This document shows, piece after piece, positions 14,341-27,500 of a DNA stretch of 64,000 nucleotides (position 1 is its first letter; the number at the start of each line of letters is the position of its first letter). The notes under the pieces are model-generated. The model was not told the DNA's origin. It saw only the letters and a program-made list of their open reading frames with translations, and ran no database searches. A program made the translations under genes and the position numbers. The DNA comes from Eledone cirrhosa (lineage: Eukaryota). The stretch is taken from contig OZ024743.1 in assembly GCA_964016885.1 (NCBI GenBank), positions 336,102,001 through 336,166,000 on the forward strand. The letters are read 5' to 3'.

Positions 14341-14681
14341 AATGATATTAAATAAATGGAAACTATATTTATAAAACCATATTTATTGTATTATATATAT
14401 TTCAAGGGCACCAAAACTTTTGTACGCTTTCATCAGATAAAATACAAAATTTGTTTTATAAATTTTGACATAACCAAGGAAAGATACCTTAACGCTTCAA
14501 GTTAACTATCCAAGGAAAACTTGAACCGTTAAGGTATATTTACTAGGTTATGTCAAAAGTTATAAAACACATTTTGTATTTTATCTGATGAAAGCGTACG
14601 AAAGTTTTGGTGCCCTTGAAATATATATAATAGAATAAATATGGTTTTATAAATATAGTTTCCATTTATTTAATATCATTG
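14341..14681. mobile_element. Fold-back HHR element, diverged arms
   Basis: Inverted arms around about 14510. HHR tattttat-CTGATGA-aagcgtac...gtgccctt-GAAA-tatata-TA-atagaata at 14577-14637 (+), mirrored at 14384-14444. Confidence 0.75.
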
Positions 14682-14867
14682 TATATATATATATATAATA
14701 TATATATATATTTATATATATATTTTAAGTGTCAGACTCTCTCGTTGATATTGATATCATTCAGAAACGCACGTGCTTATAACAAAGAAATACAATGTAG
14801 CTCAAACTTCTATTAAGTCGTATTGTACATCTTTATATGTTCCTTAGACGAGTTTCATATATGTATG

Positions 14868-14980
<113 letters not shown>

Positions 14981-14999
14981 GCACATGTATATACATACA

Positions 15000-15030
<31 letters not shown>

Positions 15031-15591
15031 GTGCATATATATATATATGTATATGTATATGTATATGAAAATATGTATATGTATATGAAAATCGTCTAAG
15101 GAACCTATAAAGATGTACAATATATATACGTCGTCATTCATTTATCTACCTACCTATCTAACACACTATATTTCTCTTTATCACTGTATTTATTTGACGA
15201 CAATGTTTCCATATATCTATATATATATTTAAATAGATAAATAGATGTAGTTATGTGCACAAAACATGCACTAAATTCACAAAACATGCACTAAACGTAG
15301 GATTCATGAACATTTTATAGGGTCAAAGTAATTTTAATTTTAAATAATACATATAAATATGTGTGTGTGTATATGAATATATCTATATGTGTTTATATAT
15401 GTATACATGTAGGTGGGTAAGTAAGCAGGGCGGTAGTTAAGTAGGAAAATTATTTCAAATTGTCTTAATTATTTTAACAAAATGAAAATAAAAGTTAATC
15501 ACAATGCAATTGTAACCTAAGCAAACATGAAAGAAGAGCCGAACTCCCACTATCATCGCCTCCATCTCTCTGACCCTCCTCATCTCTCCGT

Positions 15592-15850
15592 ATGGTGATC
15601 AAATGGGGTCCCACGTGCTGGCCTCCCCAGAGCCCCGGCGGACAGAATGGAGAAGGCGTTTCCCCGGAGGATGGTAAGGGAGATGCGCTAGAAGAGCCAT
15701 TTCAACTCGTGAGGCTCAGACCTGCGGCTGGCCAGCTCAGCGCCTATGGTGGTGAGTACGGAGGTAGGCCTAGAGCGAAGGACACCAGAAGTCTCCACTG
15801 CCAAGGGTACGACCGCAAACCTGTCGCATTTAATGGCGATCGGAAACACA
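15592..15850 (+). repeat. GC-rich dispersed repeat (partial copy at 3320-3398), possibly a LINE 5' UTR
   Basis: Shared agccccggcggacagaatggagaaggcgtttccccggagga... Confidence 0.5.
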
Positions 15851-16404
15851 GAAATATAGCCTGCAATTTCAGAAATATATTTCCTCTCAAGTACTCAAAC
15901 GTTGTGTCCCCAAACTGAAAAGCAGAAGTGATCTCTCCTCTACAATCAGTAGTGCTATCAACCACTCCCAGGCCCTACTGTACTTTACATTCTAATTTGG
16001 ACACATCAGCTGCCCAGTTGAAAATACATTTTAAACGAATTTACAAGATTCGCAATCTCGGACAGGGTGATGCATTATGTCCTTGAGCAAGACATTTTAA
16101 TCCATGGTGCTCTTTCTGTCAGGAGTTGCGACCGGTAGATAGTATCAGCAATGGAAAGATCAATAGAAACATTTTTTCCTTGGACCGATTTAACGAGTTC
16201 CACCCAACTCGGTGAGCGAACAAGATCTGGGATCTTGTCGCTCGACATTCATCTTCAAGTGATGCCTCTGATTACTTGATGGTCATGTAAGTACAGGGTG
16301 TAACAAAATGAATCATCAGACATATTCACTCGATTATAGGACGTGTTTGACTATCGTGTAGATTTATGTCGGGTGTCTGGAAGAGGGCATATAGAGTTTC
16401 TTCT

Positions 16405-16715
16405 GCTTCTTCTTCTTCTTCTTCTTCTTCTTCTTCTTCTTCTTCTTCGCCCACTTATTCCTGAGGGGGTCGTCGTGACTGAGTCCTCAAAGACTCTCTC
16501 CAGTGGATCCTGTCAGAAGTAACCGCCTCCAACTGATCCGGCTGGATACCCAAGCGAGCGTAACCTGCCAGTCTCGTGGATGTTATCTAACCATCTTGCT
16601 CGGAGTCTACCAATGGGTCTCCTACCTGTTAGTTTGGCTCGTAAAATCTGTCCAGCGATTCTTTCCTGTGACATTCTACCACATTATCATAGTATCGGAA
16701 CTGTGGTTTTTCAAT
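16405..16715 (-). mobile_element. RTE LINE 3' end with (GAA)n tail (relatives at 20790-21060 and 31734-32230)
   Basis: Minus frame gives GRRPIGRLRARWLDNI-like C-terminus next to the (TTC)n tract. Confidence 0.7.
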
Positions 16716-17569
16716 TCCGAGAATTAGCGACATATAGAGCATTTGTAGAAATTGTACATAAGACGCTATATTCAGACATGTATTGTACAAGTTATCGCAT
16801 GATGATATGGCCATTTGATTAAAAAATATCGTCTGTTGAAATCAGATGATTCATTTTAATACAGATTGTAAATTTCGGGTGAGTTTACTCGATAAAGTGG
16901 ATTTATCTTTATTTTGATATCCTTATGATGAATTCGTCATCGTATGCTAACAAAACTGTGTTTTTCCAGTGCTAACATCGGCTACTCGTTACCATTATGT
17001 TATATATGTACAGCCGACTTAATTTAGGTCGAAGTGAAAATAGGAACTACTGACCTATCATTTGTTCTCTATTGATTCGGCCATTTGTGCTCTCCGGAAA
17101 TTAATATAACATTAACTTGTATTTTTTATTTTGATTTCGATTTCCTTCACGAGATTAAACTGTCATACAGCAAGTGCGTTCAGTTCGTTTCTATAAATGT
17201 TTACAATCTTATATCAAATATTTATCTTATGTGGTTATATAATGGTAGGATTTGAGGGTTTAATACAATTCTAAATGTCGATCGCTACCGTCCGCAAAAA
17301 TAACTGATTATAATTCTCCGACATAAAATCAATGAAATCAAATATGAAAGTTTCTGAAAAATATATTTTTAAAATGTATTCGAATTATTTCAAGATTCGA
17401 TACAAAAACCAAACAATCATAGACTCTAGAGTTTATATATTTTATTATGAAATAAAACAGAATTACAAATGTTCCTACCATACGTTTAAAATATGAAATA
17501 TGGTGCATCCATGATATATCTTGTTGGTGATATACATCTTTCTTCAATCTATATACTGAGACTGTCTCA

Positions 17570-17790
17570 AACCTAGAGGCTTATCAGGTCGCTGCTTATT
17601 CCCGTTCTCGTGGAGTGAAGCGACTTAGAGTACAATATTTTTCCCTTGAGGGGACGCCAGTCCATCGCAGGGTTAAACTTCCAGCTATTGCTGGTACTCA
17701 TTTTCAGCTGAATATACTGGAGCAACGTGAAATTAATTGTTTTGATCAAGAACACAACACACAATACAGTCCAGGAATCGAACCCACGAT
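17570..17790 (-). mobile_element. CORE-type SINE (relatives at 2800-2915 and 47715-47985)
   Basis: B-box gggttcgattcc; CORE-like body; ccctgcgatggact tail. Confidence 0.7.
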
Positions 17791-17829
17791 ATTATATGAC
17801 CGTACGTCCACGCACCTATTCGACTCAGC

Positions 17830-18110
17830 ATGGTCCAATGGTTAAACAGTTTCATTCACAATCATTAGGTTTCGGGCATCTTGGACAAAGGGAATTTACT
17901 ATAGTCTCAGATCGACCATGTCTTGAAAGTGAAATTGGATAGATAGAAACTGTTTGGAAACCCGTTGAATGTCACGCTGAATCTCCCTGAGAATTATATT
18001 AAGGGCACACGTGTTTACGGAGTGCTCAACCACTTACACGTTAATTTCATGAGCAAGCTATTCCGTTTATCCATCAAACGGAACACTCATCGCCGAAACC
18101 AGTGGAGGCT
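17830..18110 (+). mobile_element. SINE-like dispersed repeat (related inverted copy at about 30670-30850)
   Basis: Shared ctgaatctccctgagaatt...cacttacacgttaatttcatgagca. Confidence 0.5.
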
Positions 18111-19129
18111 CATTATATAAACTCAAGCTAGCGATGATTCCTGGGTTATATTATAAAACATTTAGTGCAGATAGAGTTAATGTTTTGACCGATCGGAAGA
18201 ATCCCTCAAAGCGTAATCAGCCTGTTATTTTTGTTTGTTTGTTTTTTTGCGTGGGTTTTACGATCATAATGTTGTGGGTTCGCTTCCTGGGCTGGGCTTT
18301 GGGTTGTGTTCTTCAGCAAAACACTTCATTTCGCCACTTGTTTTTTAGGGGGGTTTTCAGAATATATTTGTTATATATAGCTCTGACTAATCCTATGCAT
18401 AAAGCAACCTTTTTCAGACAATAGAATGTTATCTTAGAGCGATATGGTTGCTATTTCTTGTAGAATAATCGACCACGAAGCGGCTCTAAGTTTGGCGATA
18501 TAATACATGTCGTTATATTTCTGTTATCTCCAATTAACACGCTGTTGTTCTATTGTAGTAAATTAAACGAAAACAGGGCTTAACTCCTGGTGGAGTCACA
18601 CTAGCATTGACCTAACACAAACTGTGTCTTTCTCATATTAAACCTGGCGGAGCCCAGCCCTCAACAAGTCGGAACACATACGATTTCTACCAGAGAAAGA
18701 AAGAGATATGAGATATTGGTAAAGAGAGACAAGAAAAACCAGGACCAGAACTGGACTGGTATTTTATTTGTCGATGAAAAGCAAAATTAACTCGGACAAG
18801 ATTTGAATTCAGAGTGCAGTAAGCCGAAATACCGACGAACTTCTAAAATAACGCCATAATGACTTTCTCCTGAGGTACTTGAGCGAATAAGTTCCTATCC
18901 ATTACTGTTGATAATTCTAGCATGATATTAATCTTTCCTTATCACGTTTTTTTGATAGTTTATTTTATTTTATTCTATAAGAGCGTGAGCTGGTTGGCTG
19001 TTTTCTCACATTTCCAGTTTTCAAACGATCAAATGATTAAGCCTATACATATTCGCTGGAAATAGCAGCCGAATCTCCCTCAAATAACACATCTCTTAAT
19101 AGTTTTAAAAAGATTTTCTGCGAAACATC

Positions 19130-19620
19130 TGTTGAATCAGTGTTGTTGAATGGACCAGATACATGGACTCTGACACAAGCACTCCAGAAGACTCTAGAAG
19201 GTGTATACACTAAAATGTTTAGAGTTGTAAACAACCTGAACAGGTGTCAACGTATTACAAATGAAATTTTTATGGTAACTTGCCCAAGATAACAACTACA
19301 ATTGCTCAAAGACGGTTATGATTTGCAGACGATTACTGGAGAAATAAGCAGGAAGTTATACAGAAGCTACTATTGTGGGAACCAATTCAGGAAGTTATAT
19401 ACAAGCTACTATTGTGGGAACCAACTCAGGAAGTTGTATATAAGCTACTATTGTGGGAACCAATTCACGGGAGATGCAGTAGAGGAAGACCTGGTCGAAC
19501 CCTCACCGATCAACTCTCAGATGATACAAACCTCAGTTCAGAGTAGTTACCAGGAGCAATGGAAAATCAGGAATTGCGTAGAGACTTTGTCAAGAATGTT
19601 CGACCAGCAAATTTGAGGGG
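19130..19620 (+). mobile_element. Old RTE LINE 3' remnant with internal 41-42-bp triplication
   Basis: TWTLT..LEGVYTKMFR, LLLWEP x3, RGRP motifs in broken frames. Confidence 0.7.
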
Positions 19621-21214
19621 TGGAAAAGTCAAATATATCAACCCTGGTATTTTGAATGATATTTTATTTTAACCCTGAAAGAATGAAAGCAAAGTTAACC
19701 TTGGTGGTATTTGAACTCAGAACGTAAACATCTTGAACAAATACCGCAAACAACTTTCCCGATGCTATAATGATTCTGCCAATCTACCTCGTCCTCTAAT
19801 GCATCACCCTTACGCCTTTTGTAAAAGAAGTAGATATTGGATTATATAGACCTAGGTGCACTACGCAGGTTCGAGCAGTTCTTTCTCGATTTTTCCTCTA
19901 TCTCTTTCATTATCTATCCTTCTCTAAAAGAAATCTGCTGTGTTCAGACCTGGAGCGGGATGGGGTCTGCTAGGTTTTAAAATGCCCAAGAAACGCCGAA
20001 TGTCTCCGCAACGACTCCATTAAGAGATACGGGTTTTAAGAAAGAATATACTAGACTATTTTCTATCAATTATTTCTTACCGGTACGTTCCTAATAAAAA
20101 AATTATTATTATTGCTAAATTCCTATAATGATCAAATTTCTTGAGAAAAGCGCTGCCTAATTGATTCAGCAATAGGATTATGTCAGAAATCAAGTCAAGA
20201 CTCTTTAAATGAAATATATGAGTAATTATTTCACAAATACATCTTCTAACATTATATTGCATCAAATTCCAATCGTTTTACTCTTCGTGAATAATAAATT
20301 GTTCCGTTGTAATTTTTGCTTCATTAATATGTCAAAGTATAAAAGCAAATATATTTTCTCAACAGCTTATTAATAAAAATTATATAAAATGCATATGGAA
20401 AACAATTTCGTGAGATTTGTTTTCCCCATTAAGAAGGATTATACAGTAACATTTTAAATTACAAGATCAATAAATACATTATTATTATTATTATTATCAT
20501 TCTGTAGTCTTATTTTTATTACTTGCTTTCACTGCATTACGGAGCACAGCTCTGTGTGCTTTGGTTATGTACAGTGTTATGATTTGATTTTGTGGTTTCT
20601 ATTTGATTGAAAGTATTCTACGTAATACGTATGCAATACTTAAGAGTGCTATATATACTTTGTGCTGTATATTTTGCATATTTGTAAGTGGGCAAGGAGA
20701 GTACGAATCTGCGTTATTCTCGGAAATGGAGGCGTATCTTTTCTATGAATTTAAGGAAGTTTTAAAAATCTGTTTTCCTGGTTTTACACGTGGAAGGAAA
20801 ATGCGAATAGACCAGCAGAGAAAATCTGCCCGTAAAATCTGCCAAGCATTTCTTTCCTGAGACAATCTAACCTCATTTACATAGTATCGGAGTTGCGATC
20901 TCTCAATCCGGAGAAATAGCTACTTTACCTGGAGTGACTCTTTGATCTTCGAGCTATGCACTCAAACGAGTAACGTTACTCTAAAGACCTTTCGGAGGGA
21001 TCCCATTTAGGCGGCTTGTATTGGCGATCATATTCTTTTGGTCATTGCCCAAGATTCATTTCATAATTCTAATTAGATGAGCTGATCATTGAAATGTTTC
21101 TCGCATGTTGACCTGAAGTCAACAATACGAAACAGCAAACCTTCAGTTGATTGTTTGATATCTTAGGAATTCAGCCTGCTCCAACTTAACTTAGAAGTAG
21201 TAATAATTGTTTCT

Positions 21215-21575
21215 AGTTATGGCACATGGCCAGCAGTTACCCTAGTGCATTACTGGTACTTTATTTTACCGACCCCGTAAGGATGAAAGGCAAAGTTAAC
21301 CTCGGCGGGATTTGAACTCAGAACGTAAAGTGTCATAACTCTATGCTGCAAAGCATGGTGTCTGACGCTCTACCAATACTGCCAATACACCGCCAGTAAT
21401 AATTGTTTCTACTTTGGGCCAAGGCCAGCAATTACCCAGTGCATTACTGGTACTTCATTTTATCGACCCCGTAACGATGAAAGGCAAAGTTAACCTCGGC
21501 GGGATTTGAACTCAGATCATAAAGGGGCGTAACTCTATGCTGCAAAGCATGGCGTCCGGCCCTCTACCGATACTC
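21215..21575 (-). mobile_element. Two tandem Meta-type tRNA SINEs (further copies at about 2480-2570, 18750-18830, 19650-19785, 22700-22805, 32465-32680, 46670-47080)
   Basis: gagttcaaatcccgccgaggttaactttgcctttcatcc..ggggtcgataaaataaagtaccag. Confidence 0.75.
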
Positions 21576-21832
21576 TAATAATAATGTGTTCAATTATCAA
21601 GCTAACTGCCATTAAAAATAAATAACTTTAGGCTTTATCTTTTCATTATTTGCTCATTGAACTGTCTCTGTCCATTTCAAACCTTCTTAAAGCAACGATT
21701 CTTTTTCCTTCTAATTCAACAGAACATTAATCATAAGACGCAATCAAAGTTTTACAGCAAACTATAACTAGACAGCTTCCACCAACTATTAACCCTTTCC
21801 AAATCAAAATGAATATTAATCATTGCAATCGC

Positions 21833-22560
21833 AACTACCCAGCTCCCATTCTTCAGTTCTATGTTAATATAAAAAGCTTTAGGACCATCATCACACTACC
21901 TTAACAGCAAACATTGAATAGATAAAATAAAAACGTGGTAGTGAGAAGGAAACTTTAGTCAGTCGTTTGATCTGTTAGAAATAGTAGCCAAATCTTACTC
22001 AACTACCGAGCTCCCATTCTTCAGCTCCATTTTAATATAAAAAGCTTTAGTACCATCATCACACCACCTTATCAGCAAATATTGAATAAATAAAATAAAA
22101 ACGTGGCAGGGAGGTGGAGACTTTACTCAGTTGTTTGATCTGTTAGAAATAGTAGCCAAATCTTACTCAACTACCGAGCTCCCATTCTTCAGCTCCATTT
22201 TAATATAAAAAGCTTTAGTACCATCATCACACCACCTTATCAGCAAATATTGAATAAATAAAATAAAAACGTGGCAGGGAGGTGGAGACTTTACTCAGTT
22301 GTTTGATCTGTTAGAAATAGTAGCCAAATCTTAATCAACTACCAGCTTCCATTCTTCAGATCCATGCTAATATAAAAGCAACAATTCCATCATCCCTGTC
22401 TTTTGTATTGTCTCCTATATATCGGCCCATGTGACCAATAAACAAATTATTATTAGCAAACATTGAACAAATATATATATAAAATGAAAACGTGGCAGGG
22501 AGGAAACTTTACTCAGTTATTTGATCTGCTAGAAATAGCAGCCACATATCACTCAGAACA
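21833..22560. repeat. 168-bp tandem repeat, about 4 copies
   Basis: aactacc at 21833, 22001, 22169, 22337. Confidence 0.9.
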
Positions 22561-23780
22561 CACCCTATTATTTTAAACGATATATTTTTAAATAAGATAA
22601 GATTAATATGGATGGAATGCCTTGAATTATATGTCTGTAGTGGATTGGCAGGATATGCAGGATATGTAGAGGGTCGGACAACATGCTTTACTACCATATA
22701 GTTACGGCTCTTTACGTTCTGAGTTCAAATACCGCTGAGGTTAGTTTTACTTTTCATCCATTCGAGGTAGATAAAAAAAGTATCAGTACAATACTGGGGT
22801 CGATTCTTCTTCAATATCACTTTTGCATTTACATTCTCATATTTATATCGTTCTTTGGGTTAAATCTGCTGTAGTCAGATCCGGAGAGGAGATGCCAGGT
22901 TTAAAGATGCCAAGGAACGCCGTATGTCAATATGGTACCTCTACGACCTCCTCGGGAGTTACGGAACTTAAAGAGACAATCATGATATCACTTTTACTCT
23001 CAGCATAGACGCTAGTGGTTCATATGCTTCCACCAACTCAATGTTATGTCTATAGCCTAGATATCTAATTCACAACATCTCATTTCATCTGATACTAAGT
23101 AAATGCCACTCTAAGAGGAAGTAGATGCCACTCTAAGCCATGTCGAATTCACACGTATTTGTTTTTTAAACCAATCATAGATTGCACCAATAAAAAAATA
23201 ATCAATATAATTCGTATAATAAGATATGTTCGTGGGCCGTGGGCAAAAGCTCTCAGCCAACGTGTCTCAAACACAAATTAATAAGAGGTGAAAAGATGGT
23301 TATTAGAAATAGCAGTCCCACATCGATATATATTAGAATGGTAGCATTCGGTTCAGGTCTCCAAGTTCCATGGCTAGAGGAAAGCGATAGTAACAATGGT
23401 ACTGCCAAGAACCTTTAACGAACATGAAATGCCAGTATCTATTATAGAGCGATATGGAGTAGCGAGCTGGAATGCGGCAGCTACGTGTGTAATCCAGTCT
23501 ATTTCACAACTTAAAAGAGTGAGAGATATAATTAATAGCAGGAATTAGAGCGTATATCAAAACAAAAACACAATAAAAAAAGTGAAAAATTGTTTAACTT
23601 ACTCTCATTAGTCTGCTAGTTGGGAGATAATAAGGAGTTGACGGACCCAGCATATTTATCAATGCCAGGACCGGTTGTATCTCACCGCACTGCATAGGTA
23701 ATGTAGGATACATTCCCAGAGTATACACATAGTTATACGCTTCAATACAACACACGTAAAAAGGGTGCCTATAGTTGTTC

Positions 23781-23891
23781 CCCGGACTCGAGTTTCGGCC
23801 ACACTTAATGCAGCAGTAAGGTGCACTTCACCCTCTGTCTGCATATATTATGCAACAATGCATAATCAGTTTATGCGACTTCATCAGCGGG
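23781..23891 (-). ncRNA. Type I hammerhead ribozyme in an about 870-bp ORF-less element bounded by direct repeats (23253-24120)
   Basis: cccg-CTGATGA-a-gtcgca...tgtggc-c-GAAA-ctcgag-TC-cggg; predicted GUC cleavage. Confidence 0.85.
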
Positions 23892-24140
23892 TATCGCCTA
23901 ATCAGTAACCAATCGATCGACAGAATCCAAACCCCAGCGCATGCCGGCTATGACTGTTTGTAACAGCTGACACGGTAAAGTGATTAGCAACTGGAATCTG
24001 ATACAATTCTGTCCCTCGACCAGCCACCGATTTACAAACTTTACGTGGTGGAGAGAGAATAGAAAACAAATCTTTTCGTTCCCGTCAAAATCATTCAGCC
24101 AACGTGTCTCAAACACAAATAAATTAGAGATATGTATATG

Positions 24141-24207
<67 letters not shown>

Positions 24208-24232
24208 CATATTCAAACATATATATATATAT

Positions 24233-25982
24233 ACTAGCTGAGGTACCCAGCTTCGCCAAGGTTAACAAATGATAAATGAAAACCGGCAGAAGAGAAAACG
24301 TCTTGTTTACAGTGTGTGAGTCTGTGTGTTTGTATTTTTGTGTGTATTTGTGTATATATATATATGTGTGTGAGTGTGAGTGTGTGTGTGTGTGTGTGTA
24401 TCTATCTATCTATCTAAGGCGGGTAAAATTCAAGAGATCCATGGACGAGTTCTCTCCAGCGGTCTCTGTCCCTCATTATCGCTGCCATATCCTGCATCTC
24501 CAACAGACCAGTGTCTGTCCTTAGGGCATCAACATATGTTAACCTTGGTCTTCCTCTTCTAGTGTGTCCATGTAGGGGCTCCCAAAGGAGCACTGAGTGC
24601 AATGTCAACTCTGGATGTCGGTGAGCATGTCCAGCCAACCTCAGTCTCCTCTGTGTCACTTTTGAGCTGACTTTTGGGATGCTCCCATACAGCTCTGAGT
24701 TTTTCATCCTCAGTGTATACTGATTAATGTTCAGAGCCATCCTCAGCATTCTCGTGTAGCACCCATCCACCATCTGAGTGAGTCTCTTGGTCAGTGTCCA
24801 AGTCTCAGACCCATACAGCAGCACAGACTCCACTACAGCAATGAAGAGGCGGATTTTCAGGTCTCCACGAAGGTCCGACTTCCACACCGATCTCAAGCTG
24901 TGACACGCCGCCCAGGCCTTGCTCTTCCTCTCAACCACATCATCCTCCGTATTCCCAATCTTTGCTCCCAAATACAGGAAGTCCTCAACCAATTCCAGCG
25001 GCTTCCCGCCCACATTAGTGATCCCCTCCGGCCTCTCAACATTCTCCACCAGATACCTCGTTTTAGTCTCACTCATTCTCAGCCCCACACTCATCGACAC
25101 AGTCTCAACCTCCCGCATCAAATCCTCTGCCTCCTTCACTGTATTTGTCACCAAAACTATATCGTCGGCAAATTCAGCATCCGATACCTTTTTCGCCCCA
25201 ACTCTCCTGCTCTGAGCCGGTGCTACAGTAAAGCCAGTGTCCTGGTGTTTCTCCAGTGCAAGGCGCATACAATAGTCCACTACGATGATAAAAAGGTAGG
25301 GAGCCAATGTATCTCCCTGGAGCACTCCAGCCAGTATCTCAAAGAACTCTGTCATCCCATCAGGTGTAATGACTTGGGCTTTGGTGTTGGTGTAGAGCAG
25401 TGATATCAGGTCCACTATCCTCTTGGGGATTCCATAAGCCTGCAAGATCTTCATCAGGCAGTAACGGTCCACAGAATCAAAGGCCTTCCTAAAGTCAATG
25501 AAAACCATGACCGCAGGAAGGCACTTTGCTCTAGCTCCCTCTAATATCCTCCTCAGTATCAGGATGTGACTGGTGGTTGATCTACCCTCTCTGAAGCCGT
25601 TCTGGTTGTCCCTGAGCTTCTTCTCCATCTCAGGCTGGATCCTGTTAAGAATCATCCTGTTGAGGGTCTTTGCCACAAGTGACGTCAGTGAGATCCCCCG
25701 GTAGTTGTTGGTGTTAGAGAGATCTCCCTTCTTTGGCACTGGGACGATGTTACTGATCCTCCACTGATTCGGGGCAACTCCTTTCTCAGTGCCCCGTTAT
25801 AGAACCCCAGGATGATATCATCAAAATCACACCTCTTCATCACCTCTGATGCCACTCCATCTTCTCCATGAGCCTTGTTGCCCTCCCTGATCTTCTTCTT
25901 GGCTCTCTGAAGCTCCTCTCTGGTGAAGGGCTCTGTCTCAACATCCAGTTCCTCAAACAGCCGCCTGATCTCCCCAGTGCTC

Positions 25983-26037
<55 letters not shown>

Positions 26038-27500
26038 GTGTGTGTGCCTGTGTGAGTGTTCGTGTGTGTGTGCGTGTGTGTGTAAACCACCGTTGGAATC
26101 GGAGACATAGGTCGCGAAACACGATCATCACTGACAACGAACTCGCTGAGAGAGTCCCTTATGGTTGATTCCCAACCTGCTAGAAATAGCAGTCAGGCTG
26201 GTTAGCATACGTGGTATGTCTTTCTTCTTCTTTGGTGTTATAAAATTAGTATCAATAAACTTTCCTGGATATACTCTTATCCTAATCCTGTACATAGTTT
26301 CCGATTGTCACTTTCCGTATTTTTCGTGTGGTACGCGAAGGAACCAACCAACAAACATCTCTCTTCTATATCTCTTTTATTTGTTCATTCAAAATATTTT
26401 TCAGCTAATTCTGTCGTACAATATACATCAGCAATCGTTATCTAATGTTTAAAACATATGAATAACTGCAATATATGCACCATATCAATCAAAAACGATA
26501 TGAGAATGGAATACCATACTAAAGCGCCAGTAAGCTTGCTAAGAACCTGCAGATAGAAATGTTAATAAATACAACATTTGGCTTGGGTAAACTTTAAGAT
26601 GTTCTTTCATTCTAGGTTTCTTTTTTCAGCTAGTACGTTAAAGAAAATTGATAGTTACAACAATAAATGTTGAACAGAGAACACATTTTTTAACAAACTT
26701 TACAATAATTTGTACAACCATAATGGAAATTCCAAGTAACAGAAAATAGATAAATTATATTGTTAGAGCCCCAGAGTATACAATATTTTTTGTTCGGCCC
26801 TCGGGAGCAAAGATGAAGAGATTGTTTGGCGAGCTCACTCTAGAGCATCCTACATACAATTGACCATGGTTTTCCCAGATGAAGGCCAGCCACTTTTAGG
26901 ATTTGACCCTGAGCTTTGTTGATGGTAATCGCGAAGCTTAGTCTCTCTGTTGCTCTAGTAACATTTCTTCTTCTGGAAAATCTGATCTTGCGCTCGGCTA
27001 GGACTTTTTGGGTCGCATATCGCCAGTAGCAATGACGATAAGCAGTCTGTGCTTTGGTAAAATAAATACGTTTGTTTATATTTTGTATTTGTGTATGCAA
27101 AAATTTCTGTATACGAATATATAATTATATATATATTAAAATAACAGATTAAAGTTTAAGCAAAGAACCGCTGCTTTCACCCTTAATGGGATCTTCTGAA
27201 ACTAAAAAAAATCAGTCTGTGAACGCAGAATTAAATATTTCGAAAAACGTTGCAAAAGAAGGAAAACAGGAAGATGATACTTTCGTTCGTGAAGGCGTTA
27301 GGAATATCGTATAACCGGAAGTGTTGACATTTGAAAATTTTAAAGAAGTGAATATTTAAATAATGTCTTTAATCTTTTAACAAAATTCAGTAGACAAAAA
27401 TACCCTAACTTCTATGGAGCAAATTTGGTGCCGTTTGGTCCAGCCGCTTGGCGGAAAGTTTGTTACTTACATACGGCCATCAGCTTTAAAATATATATAC
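24233..27500 (-). mobile_element. Non-autonomous Helitron-like element with PIF1 helicase remnant, hosting a nested RTE
   Basis: 3' hairpin plus CTAG end (reverse complement of tactagctgaggtacccagcttcgcc); LSFAITINKAQGQ...HGQLYVGCSRV at about 26835-26945; a 5'-end-like motif near 27420-27500. Continuity of the span is inferred. Confidence 0.6.
24414..25739 (-). CDS. RTE-clade reverse transcriptase (5'-truncated LINE extending to about 25982; no 3' UTR, (TAGA)n tail)
   Basis: 441-aa open frame with NYRGISL, QNGFR, FIDFRKAFDSV, GVLQGD, FADD, FLYLG, LLYGSETW. Confidence 0.95.
   Translation of the reverse strand: MPKKGDLSNTNNYRGISLTSLVAKTLNRMILNRIQPEMEKKLRDNQNGFREGRSTTSHILILRRILEGARAKCLPAVMVFIDFRKAFDSVDRYCLMKILQAYGIPKRIVDLISLLYTNTKAQVITPDGMTEFFEILAGVLQGDTLAPYLFIIVVDYCMRLALEKHQDTGFTVAPAQSRRVGAKKVSDAEFADDIVLVTNTVKEAEDLMREVETVSMSVGLRMSETKTRYLVENVERPEGITNVGGKPLELVEDFLYLGAKIGNTEDDVVERKSKAWAACHSLRSVWKSDLRGDLKIRLFIAVVESVLLYGSETWTLTKRLTQMVDGCYTRMLRMALNINQYTLRMKNSELYGSIPKVSSKVTQRRLRLAGHAHRHPELTLHSVLLWEPLHGHTRRGRPRLTYVDALRTDTGLLEMQDMAAIMRDRDRWRELVHGSLEFYPP

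Noticed and set aside
19349-19465. 41-42-bp triple repeat resembling a CRISPR array
   Set aside because: There are no unique spacers. It is a local duplication inside an RTE remnant, in a eukaryotic context with no cas genes.
21215-21575. tRNA genes suggested by A/B boxes
   Set aside because: They are SINE heads with no complete cloverleaf.
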